A DNA stretch of 62,574 nt, the filler included, from Stramenopiles sp. TOSAG23-3 (lineage: Eukaryota), in the NCBI GenBank assembly GCA_900128585.1. It is 10 parts of 10 records of this genome, joined end to end, with 100 filler letters (N's around TTAATTAATTAA, not from the genome) between each part and the next. Parts side by side here need not be neighbours in the genome. Positions count along the whole stretch, not along the records: positions 1 to 10,693 come from LT642797.1; positions 10,794 to 21,467 come from LT642798.1; 8 more parts are not named here. One strand, written 5' to 3'. The stretch's first letter is position 1. Each line of letters opens with the position of its first letter. The notes beneath the pieces are model-generated. The model saw only the letters and a program-made list of their open reading frames with translations. It did not search any database and was not told the DNA's origin. The position numbers and the translations under genes are program-made. This document shows positions 1 to 11,798 of this stretch, piece by piece.

Positions 1-3000
1 CAGGCCCTCTCCAAGATAGCTGAGCTAGAAAGCGCCGCGCTGGTGCTGTCCTCCGAGAATTCCCGGTTGCAAAAGGACAGCCGAACAAAGGACGAGCGCA
101 TGAACGACCTGGCCGGCGACTTGGCAAGCATGGAAACCAAGCTCAAGAAGACCAAGCGGGACTTGCACCAGGTGGCCCAGGACAACAGCGACAAACAGAG
201 GTCCTTGAAGGCGCTGAAGAAGACCAACAGCGACCTGGAAGAGGCCGTCGTCGCCATGAAGGACGAGTTTGACAAAAAGTGCAAGCAGTGGGCAAAGTTC
301 GAACGGGACGTCCAGGAGGAGCACAAGCGAAGCAGCAACCAGATCAAAGAAATCCAGATCGAAAAGGAAGAGCTCGGGCGGCACCTTTGGCACGTCATGG
401 AGGAGCTGAAAACGTGCGAGCGCCGCGTCGTCGACATGCAGAAGGCGAACCAAGGCCAAGAGCAGGAGAAGGACGAGCTCGCGAAAATGATCAAGCAGTC
501 CCAGGATGCCATCGAGGCCGGAAAAAACCGAGAGGAAGGCCAAGCCAACGAGCTCAAGGCGCTCAAGGGGGAGGTTACCAGCATCCTGGCGGCCGCCAAG
601 AAGAAGCAAACGGAGACCGTAGACGAGCTCTCCGGGATCAAGCAGGTGCTCTCGAAGACCATGCAGGAAAAGTCCCAGCTAGAGACCCAGATCGAGGCCA
701 TGAAAACGGACATGAAGCGGGTCAAGAACACCGCGATGGACCAAATCCAGACCGCAAAGTCGGCCTTCCAGCAAAAGCTTCAAAACTCCTTGGAGAAGAA
801 AGAGCACAAAGTCGGGGAGATCGCCAAAGAGCTGCAGCGGGCCAACGAGCAACTGAAGGCCGGGAAGGCGTCCCGAAAGGCCCTCCAGGACGCGCTGGAA
901 GGGAAGAAGGCGGAGATCGTCGCCACCCGCGAGGAGTGCGCGGGCATCCGCAAGGAAAATGTGGAAGTCTCGCAGCGCTGCCAGCGCGCGGTTAAGGAGC
1001 AAAACTCCGTCCGGGCCGCGATGGACAACGAGGTGAACAAGCGCGACAAGCAGATCGCGGCCCTGACCAAAGAACTCGCCAAGCTGACCGAGGAGAACTC
1101 CCACATGAAAGACACCACCAAGTTCATGACCAAATCGATCGAGGACGAGCTGGCCCGCGCCAAAGACTCGGCCACAAAGTTGGGCGAAACAAAGGGGGCC
1201 CTGGAAAAAGAATTGGCCGCCACGAAGGAAGAACTCGACGTCGTCACGAGGGCCATGGGAGAATACCAAGAGGCCGCAAAGGACAAGATAAAGGCGGCCA
1301 AGGCCATGGCAGAGGACTCGCAAAAGGCCACCGTAGAGGAGGCCGAGAAGGCCGAGCGGCTGCAGACCATGCTCACCGCGCTCGAGAAGCGCATGAAGGC
1401 CGCGGAGAACGAGAAGTTCCTTCAGATCGGGTCGTTGACCGAAAACATCGGGCAGAACACGCAGCAGCTGAACAAACGGGTGGAGGAGTGCAACCGCTTG
1501 CGCAGCGAGCTGGCCATGGCAAAAACGCAGAACGAGTCGATGCAGGAAAGCACGGAAGAGCTCTGCCAGAAGCTGGAGGCCGCGGAGAAGGAGTGCAAGG
1601 AGCGCGCCGACGAGCTGGCCCAGATGCTCTCCGCCACCGAGGACGAGTTGAACGACGCCAAGGCCACGACCGAAGAAACGACTGGCCTGCTCCAAGAACT
1701 CCATACGGAAGTCAGCGAACAGAAGAGCCAGAACAGGGCCCTTCGAAACAAACTGGAGGAGATCGTACAGGAGAAAAAGTCCATCAAGCAGGACGCCGCC
1801 GCGCAGATCCTTGCCTTTTCCGAAAGGAACAAGACCATTACGGACGAGCTGCAAGGGGTCGTGGGCCAGAAGGCCAAGCTCTTGGCCGAGCTGAAGAAGA
1901 AGAGCCAGACCGTCGAAGACGCGGTGACCACCATAACGGAGCTTCGCACCGAGCTGAGCAACGCGGAGGACGACGCGGAAGCGACGATCGAGCAGCTCAG
2001 CCAAAAACTTATGGCGGTGGAGAAGGACTTGCAGCAAGTTCGGGGGGCCCGGGAAACGGAAGCGCGCGACAACGCGAAGGCGATGGCCCAGCACACGGCC
2101 CGCCTAGGCCAGCTCCAAAAGGCGCTGGACGAAGCCAACTGGGAGATCGACGGCCTGAAGCGGGATTTGAACCAGTACTCTCGGGAGCGCGACGAGTTCA
2201 AGAACAAGGCCAAGCGATTGGAGCGTGACAACGAGAGCCTGAAGAAGGTCGAAAGCAACATGAGCGGCTTCTTGAAGAACATGATGAACGGGAACGACGG
2301 GAACGACGCCGCCGTCCGAGCCGCGTCGACCGGGCTGACCCCGCTCAACCTGAACAAGACGAACAAGTCAGGCAAAGACAAGTACAGCGCTCGGTCGCTG
2401 GGGGGTGCTTCGAGCAGTCGCAGCTCGAACGGGGACGCAAACTCCGCCCGAAGCAGCTCCTCTGCACCGGAGAAGCGCGAGTCGTACACCCCAAGCTCAA
2501 AGAGCAAGAAGAGCCGCCCGTCCTCGGGCTCAAGGTCCAGGCCTTCGTCCGGGTCTCGGTCGCGCCCGTCCTCTGGCAAACGCAGCCGCTCCAAGGACAA
2601 GGAAAACAAGTGGGGGGATGTCGTGGTGAACGATGACGAGCTGGTTCTTCCTGCCCTTCCGGCCGTCGGCGAAGATGTCGCGGCAAACGTCATTCAACGC
2701 ACTGCAGACTTTCTCCAACGCCGAAATAGAACCCGGGGATCCTCGAACGCGCTCCGGCCAATGTCCGCGAACAACATGGGAGAAGACGAGGTAGTATTTG
2801 CAAAACGCCGAAACGCTAGGTTGGACTCTATTGGAAAAGAAAACTCCAACAAACCGAGCCGTGCAAAGAGCGCCAGTGGACGGCGGTCGAGACAGGCCTC
2901 ATCGTACGATGTAAAGCAGATAAAGAACCTTTCAAAGCAGGCACGCCCCCTTCGAAAGGACCGCCCCAACTCGGCGCCAATGCAACAAACGCCAAAACGA

Positions 3001-3002
3001 GT
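1..3002 (+). CDS. Large coiled-coil protein, exon 1 (5'-truncated at window start)
   Basis: Frame is open from base 1. Long E/K/L/A heptad-rich sequence followed by S/R/K-rich low complexity (SRPSSGSR repeats). GTAAGT donor at 3003. Confidence 0.8.
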
Positions 3003-3239
3003 GTAAGTTTACCTTCAAACCTCACCCTCCAAATTATACAATAAAACAAATAGATTGCCACCGCCGTCGTTTCATCTAGACGTACAGGGAACGACGGGGG
3101 GAGCAAGTGCGAAATTTTCTCACGACGCACAGCGTTCGAACAATAGAACTGACAAATAATAAAAAAAATAAAAAAATTTTGCAATCTTTCTCTTTTTTTT
3201 GTGTGTGCCTCTTCTTTTCCCTGATTCTCGCCAACGCAG
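3003..3239 (+). other. Spliceosomal intron (237 nt)
   Basis: GTAAGT donor at 3003, AT-rich body, pyrimidine tract, CTGAT branch-like site at ~3221 and CAG acceptor at 3237-3239. Splicing gives GT+C = Val and joins in frame to HEDEVAIG of ORF 3199..3822. Confidence 0.75.
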
Positions 3240-3822
3240 CCATGAAGACGAAGTTGCCATCGGCCTGGCGGTGCGACGGTCAAACCTCCGAAAAATCAAC
3301 AAACCGGGCAATAATCCGCCCCACCCAGGCATCGCGGCCAAGTCGCGGTCCGTCACCAAGCCCCCCAGACGATCTTACAACAACAACGTCAACCCCCAGA
3401 ACAACGCGAAAGCCCCTACCCCTTCCAAGGAAGCCGCCAGCTCTGTCCTTTCCGCGTACAAGCGCTACATGCAAGGCTCCAGCTCGACAAAAAAGCCTCG
3501 CGGCGATCAAGCCGCGCCCATCTTCGAAGACGACCGGGTTGAGTACACCTCCCCGCACGGCCACCGGGCTAACGCGAAGAATCGGTTTTCTTTGCGCCGA
3601 AGCAACAGCATGGACGCCCGAACTCCCGGCGCGGCACACCAATTCAACTCGGCAAACGTGCAGAACGCGTACGAGTACGATGACCAGATACAGCCCCAGC
3701 AGCATGAAGACAACGATGTCATAGAGGTTCTTTACCAAAGTCAGCATGGAAACTATAGAACAAAGCGGGCAGAGATGACCGCCGTGCCGTACAACGACGG
3801 CGATGACGAGAGGTTTGAATAG
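3240..3822 (+). CDS. Coiled-coil protein, probable exon 2 (disordered C-terminus)
   Basis: GC-rich open frame with no good ATG of its own; in phase with exon 1 after splicing. Confidence 0.7.
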
Positions 3823-4230
3823 AAAGGGGGTGCCTTTGAAAAGGTACACCTTTTTAGAGAAATTGAGAGAGATTCATGCGCAGTTTACATTTTTTATTAA
3901 AGTAAGTGTGGCGGTATATTTGTTTAGTTTCTTACTAAAAGGTGGGAGCATTAATTTTAAACATATACTATATAATTTGTTTTTTTAATTGCTCTCCTCT
4001 AGATAACAGCCAATTTTTTGTTTTAAAAGGTGGGAGTAATTTTGATAAAAATGAAAGAAAGAAAAAAATGCGTAAGGAAGATAAATTTTAATATAGTACG
4101 CTTTACGACGCTCACTTAATATCAACTTAAATAACAGCCAATTTTTTCTTTTTTAGTGTTGGCGGACGGTAGTGTTGGCGGACGCTCTTCGTTTTCGTTT
4201 TTCGACCTCGGCCTGCTTGCCCAAGAGAAC

Positions 4231-4740
4231 TTAAAGTTCGTCGTCCCCGGCGTTCAATTTTTCATCTTCTTCGGCATTTCCGTGGTGGTCGCCGTCGTCG
4301 TCCTCTTCAAGCTCTTTGCCCAAGTTTGGGTTTGCAGCTAACTCTGCCCTTATTTTCTCTTGGGCGGCGCGTGCGGCTCCTCGTCGCGGTCGGCCACCGG
4401 ATATGATGTCTTTGATGTCCAAGCCGCCGGTATCAATCTTATCGTCCTGCTCCGCCCAGTCGTCCCCACTGTCCTCGTCGTCGTCGTCGGAGTAAACCTT
4501 CCTCTTCTTCTTCTTGGGCTCCTCCACAACGACGTCCGCGTACCCCTTTCCACGCTTAAGGGCTTCCCTGTCTTTCGCAAACTTCAGAGCTTCTTCCGCC
4601 GAGTCCTTGCTGATGACTTTCTTGTCCCCGGCCTTACCAATTTTGCCAAAGGTCAGCGTAATCTTGCTCCCTTCCACGTTTATCTCCCAGTACTTTTTGG
4701 TTTTCCCCCCCAAACTTTCCAACCTTAACGGGTACGACAT
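4231..4740 (-). CDS. Small WGR-domain protein with basic NLS-like patch and acidic tail
   Basis: KYWEINVEG...TFGKIGKAG...KRGKGY matches the WGR domain pattern. ATG at 4740; KKKKRK patch. Confidence 0.75.
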   Translation of the reverse strand: MSYPLRLESLGGKTKKYWEINVEGSKITLTFGKIGKAGDKKVISKDSAEEALKFAKDREALKRGKGYADVVVEEPKKKKRKVYSDDDDEDSGDDWAEQDDKIDTGGLDIKDIISGGRPRRGAARAAQEKIRAELAANPNLGKELEEDDDGDHHGNAEEDEKLNAGDDEL

Positions 4741-5734
4741 GGTAAAATAAGAGTATAGAGTAAGTAAGTTAGAGAAACGGTTGCTTTTGTAATTCAAAAA
4801 AAAAAAACGTGGCAAAAGCAAATAGCAATTACTGATTAACGTGTATATTTCCAAACAATCCCCTCAGACTTTCTACAATTCCATTTCCTTTTTGGTTTTT
4901 GGTTTTTCCGTTTTCATCATATAGAAACCAATTAATTTTTTTTACATGCACAACAAAAGAGGAAAGAAAAAAAAAAAGTGTTGTTGTTTTTTGGTTGTTG
5001 TTATTTATATAACTAGACTATATAAAATACCAATTATGATAGGTAGTATGTGGGTGGTGGGTGGTTGTGAATGTTTTATGATATCTTCCTGATACCAGAT
5101 ATAGTATTATTATAATTAGTACGTAGATGACTACGAGGTACTTATCATCCTTACTTCTTCTTCTTGGAGCTATTATGCTATTTATACGTATAATTCTCTC
5201 TCTCTCTCTGCAGTTATAAAAGTCTTCTTCATTGTATATAATTGGATTGTATTGTATCTCTATATATAGATTACGAGGATAATGAAGTTTGATGTAGTAG
5301 GAGGACTAAAATAATTAAAAATATCTTTCTTCTTCTTCTTCACACATAAATATAATATGGGTAGAATAAATATATTTATAATTTAAAAAAATTTATAAAT
5401 AATAAAAAGCTGGAAGTAAATAAAAAAAGAAGATAATAAAAATAATAATTTTAAAAAAATGAGAAGAAGAAAGAAGAAGCGAAGTAGTATTATAATAGAC
5501 GACTAGTTAGTAGTAGTAATAAAAGATACACTAAATTGAAGTAGTACATCATAATACACAAAAAACGAAGGCGCAAGAAGTAAGTACGAATAATTCTATA
5601 TATATATATATAGACTATGTAATGCACCAAACATTTCTGATCCTTTTCTCAACTTGGGTTGATGACCATGTCAATGCTTTACCAGAAAAAAATTACCCGC
5701 GTTCTGTAACATTAATTATCTATTTATTCGCATC

Positions 5735-7426
5735 ATGAAATTGGCTTTATTGTTGGTTGGCCTTGCAGTCGCATGCTGTTCCGCTCAGGAGGACCTTGCT
5801 GCCGTAGAGGTGGACGCGCAGTACCACGCAAACCTACCAAATGGCTGGGCCGTCAAAGGGCGCTCCCCGAGGACTGAGACAATCGAGTTGGTCTTTGCGG
5901 TGAAACAGCAAAATATTGATGAGTTGGAAAAGGCCTTGCTGTCCGTTTCGGACCCTACGTCAGAGCAGTACGGCAAACACTTAAGCAACGAACAAGTTCA
6001 CGACCTGGTGGCCCCCACCAGAAGCGACGTAAGCACCGTTGTCCAGTACCTTTCGAAAGCTAAGCTAGCCTGGAAATCGGCGAGCCGGAACAACGACTTT
6101 ATCAAGGTGGATGTGACCGTTCAACAGGCGGAAGAGCTTTTGAACACAGAGTACTACGAGTATGCGCACAAGCCCAGTGGCCACTCCGTTCACCGCGTAA
6201 AGGCTTACCACCTCCCGCAGTCCGTCGCCGCTGCGCTGGACTTTGTCGCACCGACGGTGCGCATTCCGACCATACACAACTTGAAACGGGAACGAGTTCC
6301 AGACGCCATATTGAACACCCCAGAAAGTTTGCGAGAGCAGTACCAAGTCGGGAATGCTCAAGGGAGCGGGAAAGGCCCCAACAAGCAAGCCGTCACGGCG
6401 TTCTTGGAGCAAAAGTACAGCCCAAACGACCTTAAAGTTTTCCAAAAACTGTTCTGCGGGAAAAACGCAACGTTCGACTGTGTCGAAGCTGGGGGCGTTG
6501 TAAAGATGGTGGGCGACCAGAAAGGGACCGGGGAAGGGACCGAGTCCATGCTTGACATTGAGTACATCAATGGCATGTCTGGTAACATTGAGACGGAGTT
6601 CTGGGGATTTAGCGGAAGGTCGCCAGACAATAAGAACAACGAGCCATTCCTGAAATGGCTCATGTTGGTATCCAACACCACCGACGACGACGTGCCGCAC
6701 TTGTTTTCTACGTCCTACGGAGAGGACGAGGACCTTTGCTCGAATGGCTGGGCGAAACGGATCAACAACGAGTTCATGAAAGCCGGGGCCCGGGGGATTT
6801 CCCTCCTGTTCGCAGCAGGCGACAGCGGGGCGGCCGGGGACAGTGGTTGTGGACCGCATGACTCTTTCGTGCCGCAATGGCCCAGTGGGTCGCCTTACGT
6901 AACTGCCGTGGGAGGGACCGGAAGCATTTGCTCAAAGCCGCCGCCGGCGTGTGAAGAGTCCGTGGCGGCCCTCTCCAGCGGAGGGTTTTCGAACCGTTGG
7001 GCAAGACCTAAGTGGCAAGTCGACGCGGTCGAAACGTACAAAAAGACCGCAACGCTCCCGAAGAACCCGTTTAATGCCACTGGGCGCGGGTTTCCTGACA
7101 TCGCCGCCCAAGCGGTCAACTTCATTATCGTTCAGTTTTCCTTCCCGCTCCCTGGCGTTAGCGGAACAAGTTGTGCGTCGCCCACGGCAGCAGGAATCTT
7201 TGGCCTGTTGAACGACGAACGCTACAGTGCAGGAAAGTCCCCCATGGGGTTCCTGAACCCGTTTATTTACCAGAATGCCGATGCATTCAACGACATTACC
7301 AAGGGGGCAAATGGAGGGTGCAATCTAAACCCAGGGTTCCCGGCGGCAAAAGGCTGGGATGCGGCCACAGGGAACGGGACGCCGAACTACGCTGCTTTGA
7401 AGACGGCCGTTGGGAAATTGGCCTAA
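5735..7426 (+). CDS. TPP1: Tripeptidyl-peptidase I / sedolisin (peptidase S53), secreted
   Basis: Signal peptide, prodomain (VSDPTSEQYGKHLS), ESMLD (catalytic E/D), GDSG, GTSCASP (catalytic S) and GWDAATGNGTP. Confidence 0.95.
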   Translation: MKLALLLVGLAVACCSAQEDLAAVEVDAQYHANLPNGWAVKGRSPRTETIELVFAVKQQNIDELEKALLSVSDPTSEQYGKHLSNEQVHDLVAPTRSDVSTVVQYLSKAKLAWKSASRNNDFIKVDVTVQQAEELLNTEYYEYAHKPSGHSVHRVKAYHLPQSVAAALDFVAPTVRIPTIHNLKRERVPDAILNTPESLREQYQVGNAQGSGKGPNKQAVTAFLEQKYSPNDLKVFQKLFCGKNATFDCVEAGGVVKMVGDQKGTGEGTESMLDIEYINGMSGNIETEFWGFSGRSPDNKNNEPFLKWLMLVSNTTDDDVPHLFSTSYGEDEDLCSNGWAKRINNEFMKAGARGISLLFAAGDSGAAGDSGCGPHDSFVPQWPSGSPYVTAVGGTGSICSKPPPACEESVAALSSGGFSNRWARPKWQVDAVETYKKTATLPKNPFNATGRGFPDIAAQAVNFIIVQFSFPLPGVSGTSCASPTAAGIFGLLNDERYSAGKSPMGFLNPFIYQNADAFNDITKGANGGCNLNPGFPAAKGWDAATGNGTPNYAALKTAVGKLA

Positions 7427-7634
7427 AATATAACCATCGGGTGAGTGGTACACAAAAAGGAAATAAAAAAATAAAAAGATATATATATCATAGTATTTTT
7501 TTAAGACTCTCATTTTAAATCAAATACTACTTCAAATCCAACCCTAGAAATAAAAATATTGATCCGCGACATTTTATTAAAAAACAAAAAATTAAGAGTT
7601 CCTTTTACTTCGGTAAGATTCGGCAGATCCAACT

Positions 7635-9176
7635 TCATGATGCACATGGTTTGCGAGAGCTTTCATCGGTTTTCACACCTTCTCCGGCCTCTTCTCCTTC
7701 CAGAGCCTCCAACCCCGCGGGAAGGTCTGGCATGCTGTCTATTACTGCTTGCAACGTGCTTTCAAAGCTACGCTCCGGTAACTCCTCGGTAGGGTCTGGA
7801 AGAACCGTGCCGGCTAGTGCTGGCTCGATGCTGTGTGTTACTGCGTCCTCGGTTTCATCCGAACCGCTGGTCAGAACTTCTTCTTCAACAAGAACAGGTT
7901 CCTCCAAGATCGGGGTTACCATTACCAAGTCTCCCATTGGAAAATCGCTGCCAGTCACCGGCACCGCCGTTGCTACTGGTAGATCGTCAACTTCATCTTT
8001 TCTCATTGCTGTTGGTTTTCTCGCGTCGTTGGTTAGACCCGATTCTTCTTTACCGATCTCTCCAGTCCTCATTGCATCCGGCCCACAACGCCTTCTCATG
8101 GGTCCCAGGAATTTACCGTACATTATATAGTCTTCTTTGTTAGATTTCATTTCTCTGTTGACTTGCTGGAATTTTTCGTTGATTACCACGACCGCCGCTG
8201 CTAGCATCTTGCTGTGAGCTGATGCTATCTTGGCAAATCCGGTGTCCTTTCGGGCGAGTGCCGCTTTGACCGCAGCCACCATTGCACTGTTCCTGAAACT
8301 CATCCGTTTTAAGTGGCAGAAACGCTTGTTCTGGTCTAGGGCAATGCTGCTCATCTTAATCTCTCGTTTCACAACGGCAAGCCTTGCATGTTTTTCACCC
8401 AACGACCGTTCCAAAGTGGCTCTTACGTCCGCAGCGTTTGAGGCGTCCACCGCTTCTTCCAATGATTTTATTTCCGCCAACAACGCATCTGCATCTTTCT
8501 CTTTTGCCTCTATGAATAATTTCCAAGCTTCATCGGGATCGACGGAGCGGTTTCTCTCTTTGAGCAAGAGGGCTTTTTTTTGCACAGTTTTCAAAAGCGC
8601 CTGTGCCTCGGCAGATGTCGACCGCAGAAGTAACGCGAGCGGCCGTTTATTTTCGGACGTTTTGGCCAAATCGAACCCCTTCTTCAATTCCTGTGCTCGC
8701 GAATTTAGTAAATTGGTGACCGGTACAATGGCCTCCATTTCGTAGAGGATGTGCCTGTCCGACTTGTTCTGGTCGTTTACCGCGAAGAATTCGACGTGTG
8801 CTACTCCCTTGGATATTCCTTTCAAGCCCAACAAGTGCAGCACGCGCCTTTTATGCATCTCTACTTCCTTCGCTTTATTAACGACGCACTCGCTCAAAAA
8901 TTTACACTTTTCATATGCCCTTGCGTTTTTAGCTGCTTGGCACTCCATGTTCAACGCCTTCAAAACGTCCACCTTTTTCCGCATGATCTCTCTTTCCATT
9001 TTTACCTCTTCAGAAAGTACTTCGTTCGACTTGCCTTTGTCTTCCGGTCGGACAATTTGAAACGTTCCCGCGTTTAGTGCAGCAGCGTTCGGCGCGTTTA
9101 GTGCAGCAGCGTTCGGCGCGTTTAGTGCAGCAGCGTTCGGCACTGCAGCCGCTTCCGTCGACGTACTGTTCCCCAT
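7635..9176 (-). CDS. Hypothetical helical/coiled-coil protein with possible N-myristoylation (MGNSTS)
   Basis: 513-aa ORF with ATG start and acidic C-terminus; no recognised domain. Confidence 0.65.
   Translation of the reverse strand: MGNSTSTEAAAVPNAAALNAPNAAALNAPNAAALNAGTFQIVRPEDKGKSNEVLSEEVKMEREIMRKKVDVLKALNMECQAAKNARAYEKCKFLSECVVNKAKEVEMHKRRVLHLLGLKGISKGVAHVEFFAVNDQNKSDRHILYEMEAIVPVTNLLNSRAQELKKGFDLAKTSENKRPLALLLRSTSAEAQALLKTVQKKALLLKERNRSVDPDEAWKLFIEAKEKDADALLAEIKSLEEAVDASNAADVRATLERSLGEKHARLAVVKREIKMSSIALDQNKRFCHLKRMSFRNSAMVAAVKAALARKDTGFAKIASAHSKMLAAAVVVINEKFQQVNREMKSNKEDYIMYGKFLGPMRRRCGPDAMRTGEIGKEESGLTNDARKPTAMRKDEVDDLPVATAVPVTGSDFPMGDLVMVTPILEEPVLVEEEVLTSGSDETEDAVTHSIEPALAGTVLPDPTEELPERSFESTLQAVIDSMPDLPAGLEALEGEEAGEGVKTDESSRKPCAS
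9069..9141. repeat. 24-bp tandem repeat x3 (encodes PNAAALNA)
   Basis: cgcgtttagtgcagcagcgttcgg repeated three times. Confidence 0.9.
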
Positions 9177-9950
9177 GAGTTATGTTCCTGCAGAGCACCC
9201 AGGCTGAAAACAAAAATCTTTTCGAATGAGCAAATTGTTTGTTGTTTTTAATGTAAAACTCTTTGAAAACATATACCTTTATTTAAAATATATTTCTTTC
9301 TTCTGTGGTATATATAATAATACGCATTGAAAAGTACGAATATACACATATGGATAACTGCCTTCACTTCAAGGTTTTTTGTTGGTTGCTGTACCTGGTA
9401 TATTTTATTGTTTGTATAGTATTATTGCACGATTATTATTAATTAGCTGACAGCTAAGATTAGATTCCCTGAATAGATTTTGGAAAAAAATACCGGGACC
9501 ATCTTAGGTCTTAGGCCTATGCACGTACCCGGTGATATCGACCGTTAGGGATTATACATGCAATATCATAGTGGGTCACCCTCCTTAACATATTTTACTC
9601 TACCACCCCTTGATAGGAAAAACGGTACTAGGCTTTGGTGCCAAAAAAACGCCAGCATACGTGACGCATATGCTGACTAGTCTACCAAATAACATAGTTG
9701 TTGTTGCCCAAAGTTACCTATTGCTGGCCACGAGGAGGAGGATTTGTGCGTTCAAAAAAATCCGGGGGATACTCGAGCACCCTGTTGTGGCATGTACACC
9801 GGCACGATGTGCATATTCCCTCACGCGGGCGAAACAACATCTTCCACCTGCCGGTAGTTGGCACATGCACTCCGCCAAGAATTTGAAATATGCAAAGCGT
9901 GCAAAAAATCCTGTTTTCCCGTACCCATCCTAAGCTCATGTACCAACATG

Positions 9951-10691
9951 TCACAATCCCATCCTCGTTACCAGAATGCACGTCGATGCCATCATCACTC
10001 TGTAGAGGTATCGTTCTGGCCCGGAACGACTGGCAGCACTCAGTTTATTTGGCACATTGGTTGTGGAAGCATTGGCTGCCGGGGATGGCGAGCTTCCTGC
10101 CGGGGATGGCGAGCTTCCCGCCGGTGACGGGCTAACATCCGATGGCGACGGGCTAACATCTGATGGCGACGGGATATCATCCGATGGCGACGGGCTCCCG
10201 GCCAAAGCGCACACTCTATCCGCTGTCGTAGAACCAGCGCTGCTCTCGACTTCGGTAGTAGCGTTGCATGCGGTCCAATTTGTACAGGCGTTCTGGTTGG
10301 ATGCGGTAGAAAATTTTCCGGTGGGGCATACTACGCAGGTACGGTCGGTGGTTGCAGTGCCGTTGGCGGCTATTTTCTGGCCGGCAGTGCAAGTTGTCCA
10401 CGCGGTGCACGAGAATGCGTTGGCGGAGGTGGAATATGTTCCGGCTGTGCAGCTGCTGCAGGCGCGGTCGGTGGTGCTTGTGCCGTTGGTAGAGATGCGA
10501 TGGCCGGTGGTGCAATCGGACCACGATTGGCATTGATATTGATTCCATGAGCTAGAAAATTTACCTGCGGGGCAGGCTGCGCACGTGTGGTTGAATGTTC
10601 CCGTTTTATGGTAACCTGCGGAACAGTTTTGCGCACATATGACTCCAACATCGGTTTGGCCATTAATATTACGGTCAGCACATATATTGTT
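9951..10691 (-). CDS. Cys-rich (TNFR/GCC2_GCC3-like repeat) surface protein, 5'-truncated, with Ser/Pro stalk and hydrophobic tail
   Basis: Minus frame is open from the contig end: ...CAACPAGKFSSSWNQYQCQSWSDCTTG...TDRACSSCTAGTYS...CPTGKFS..., then SPSP repeats. Only its last 87 aa appear in the ORF track. Confidence 0.8.
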   Translation of the reverse strand, partial: NNICADRNINGQTDVGVICAQNCSAGYHKTGTFNHTCAACPAGKFSSSWNQYQCQSWSDCTTGHRISTNGTSTTDRACSSCTAGTYSTSANAFSCTAWTTCTAGQKIAANGTATTDRTCVVCPTGKFSTASNQNACTNWTACNATTEVESSAGSTTADRVCALAGSPSPSDDIPSPSDVSPSPSDVSPSPAGSSPSPAGSSPSPAANASTTNVPNKLSAASRSGPERYLYRVMMASTCILVTRMGL

Positions 10692-10693
10692 GC

Positions 10694-10793
10694 NNNNNNN
10701 NNNNNNNNNNNNNNNNNNNNNNNNNNNNNNNNNNNNNTTAATTAATTAANNNNNNNNNNNNNNNNNNNNNNNNNNNNNNNNNNNNNNNNNNNN
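10694..10793. other. Artificial contig linker (also at 21468-21567, 32184-32283, 42896-42995, 53603-53702, 55398-55497, 57193-57292, 58988-59087, 60782-60881)
   Basis: Identical N-run / TTAATTAATTAA (stops in all frames) / N-run spacers. Confidence 0.99.
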
Positions 10794-11798
10794 AATAATA
10801 TTACCTGCTCAAAAATATTAGTACTAAAGTACAATCACCAAAACGAAAACCTTCGTTAACCTTACATCACGGCTCTGGGACTTACGATGTGCGCGGGATA
10901 AAAGTCCAATCGAAATTGGAATCATTTCCTTATTTTGGAGCCCCCGATTAATTTTATAACATTATTTACATGGCGTGTAATCTATAATCTTATTACGGCG
11001 GAGGATTGAATGTATTTAGTGGAGTTCTCACTATTTTAAGGCCCTTCTCCTTTATTCGGCGCGTCCTTCATATTATGCCACATGTTGTTATATTAAGGAT
11101 TTTAACTCGAACCGGTTTGCATGGAGGAGGAAGAATTTCGGCGGAAAATTGTATGTAATAATATCAGAAGTTGTATTGTATTGATAGGATATGTATGTAC
11201 TGAAAATCGACAATTAAAGATTTTTGCCTTGCTGTGGTCGGGAAAGACACAAAAATCGGTCCAAAAAATCATTTTCGAGAGACGAAATAATGTAGTGTGT
11301 AATAAAAAATCCAAAGGTCATTTATTTGGGAATTTTTACTCCTCCCTGAGGTAATCCTTCTTTGTAGTATACTGTTAGTGTCCAGCCTATCAAGGGCAAC
11401 CGAGGCCGCTCGTGTAAATTTTAAGGGACTTAAATAATATATACGAGGACTCTCTCATAGGTAAATATAATTTTGTTTTGGTACAAATTCAATATTGTAA
11501 TTTCACATATTTACTCCTAATTGACAAATAATAGAAGTTGGTTTCAAGGAAGAAGGCTCAAATTTTTACTTGAAAAAATGGGGGGATATATGTGAGGAGG
11601 AGGATGGGGGGCACTTATTAATATTAAAACTTTTGGGTATAGGGAATAGGGCGCCATGACGCCATGACCATTGGTTCAGTCATTCCGCTTAGTTGGTGCA
11701 AAGGTCTTCTTCGAAAGTGATTTCCATGACTGTTGAATGGTCGGTCTCAATAACAAAATCACTAGACTCACATAGTTTATATAAGTTGTAGTGTTGTT

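Noticed and set aside
25-2969. Many long overlapping ORFs on other frames (also within 43174-47748 and 5735-7426)
   Set aside because: Shadows caused by GC-rich codon bias of the real genes.
10057-10536. + strand V/A/H/Q-rich ORF
   Set aside because: Antisense shadow of the Cys-rich minus-strand gene.
10694-10793. Recurrent TTAATTAATTAA palindrome and regular ~10.6-kb / ~1.7-kb spacing
   Set aside because: Artificial linkers between length-ordered contigs; adjacency across them (e.g. PIWI near the circle) has no biological meaning.
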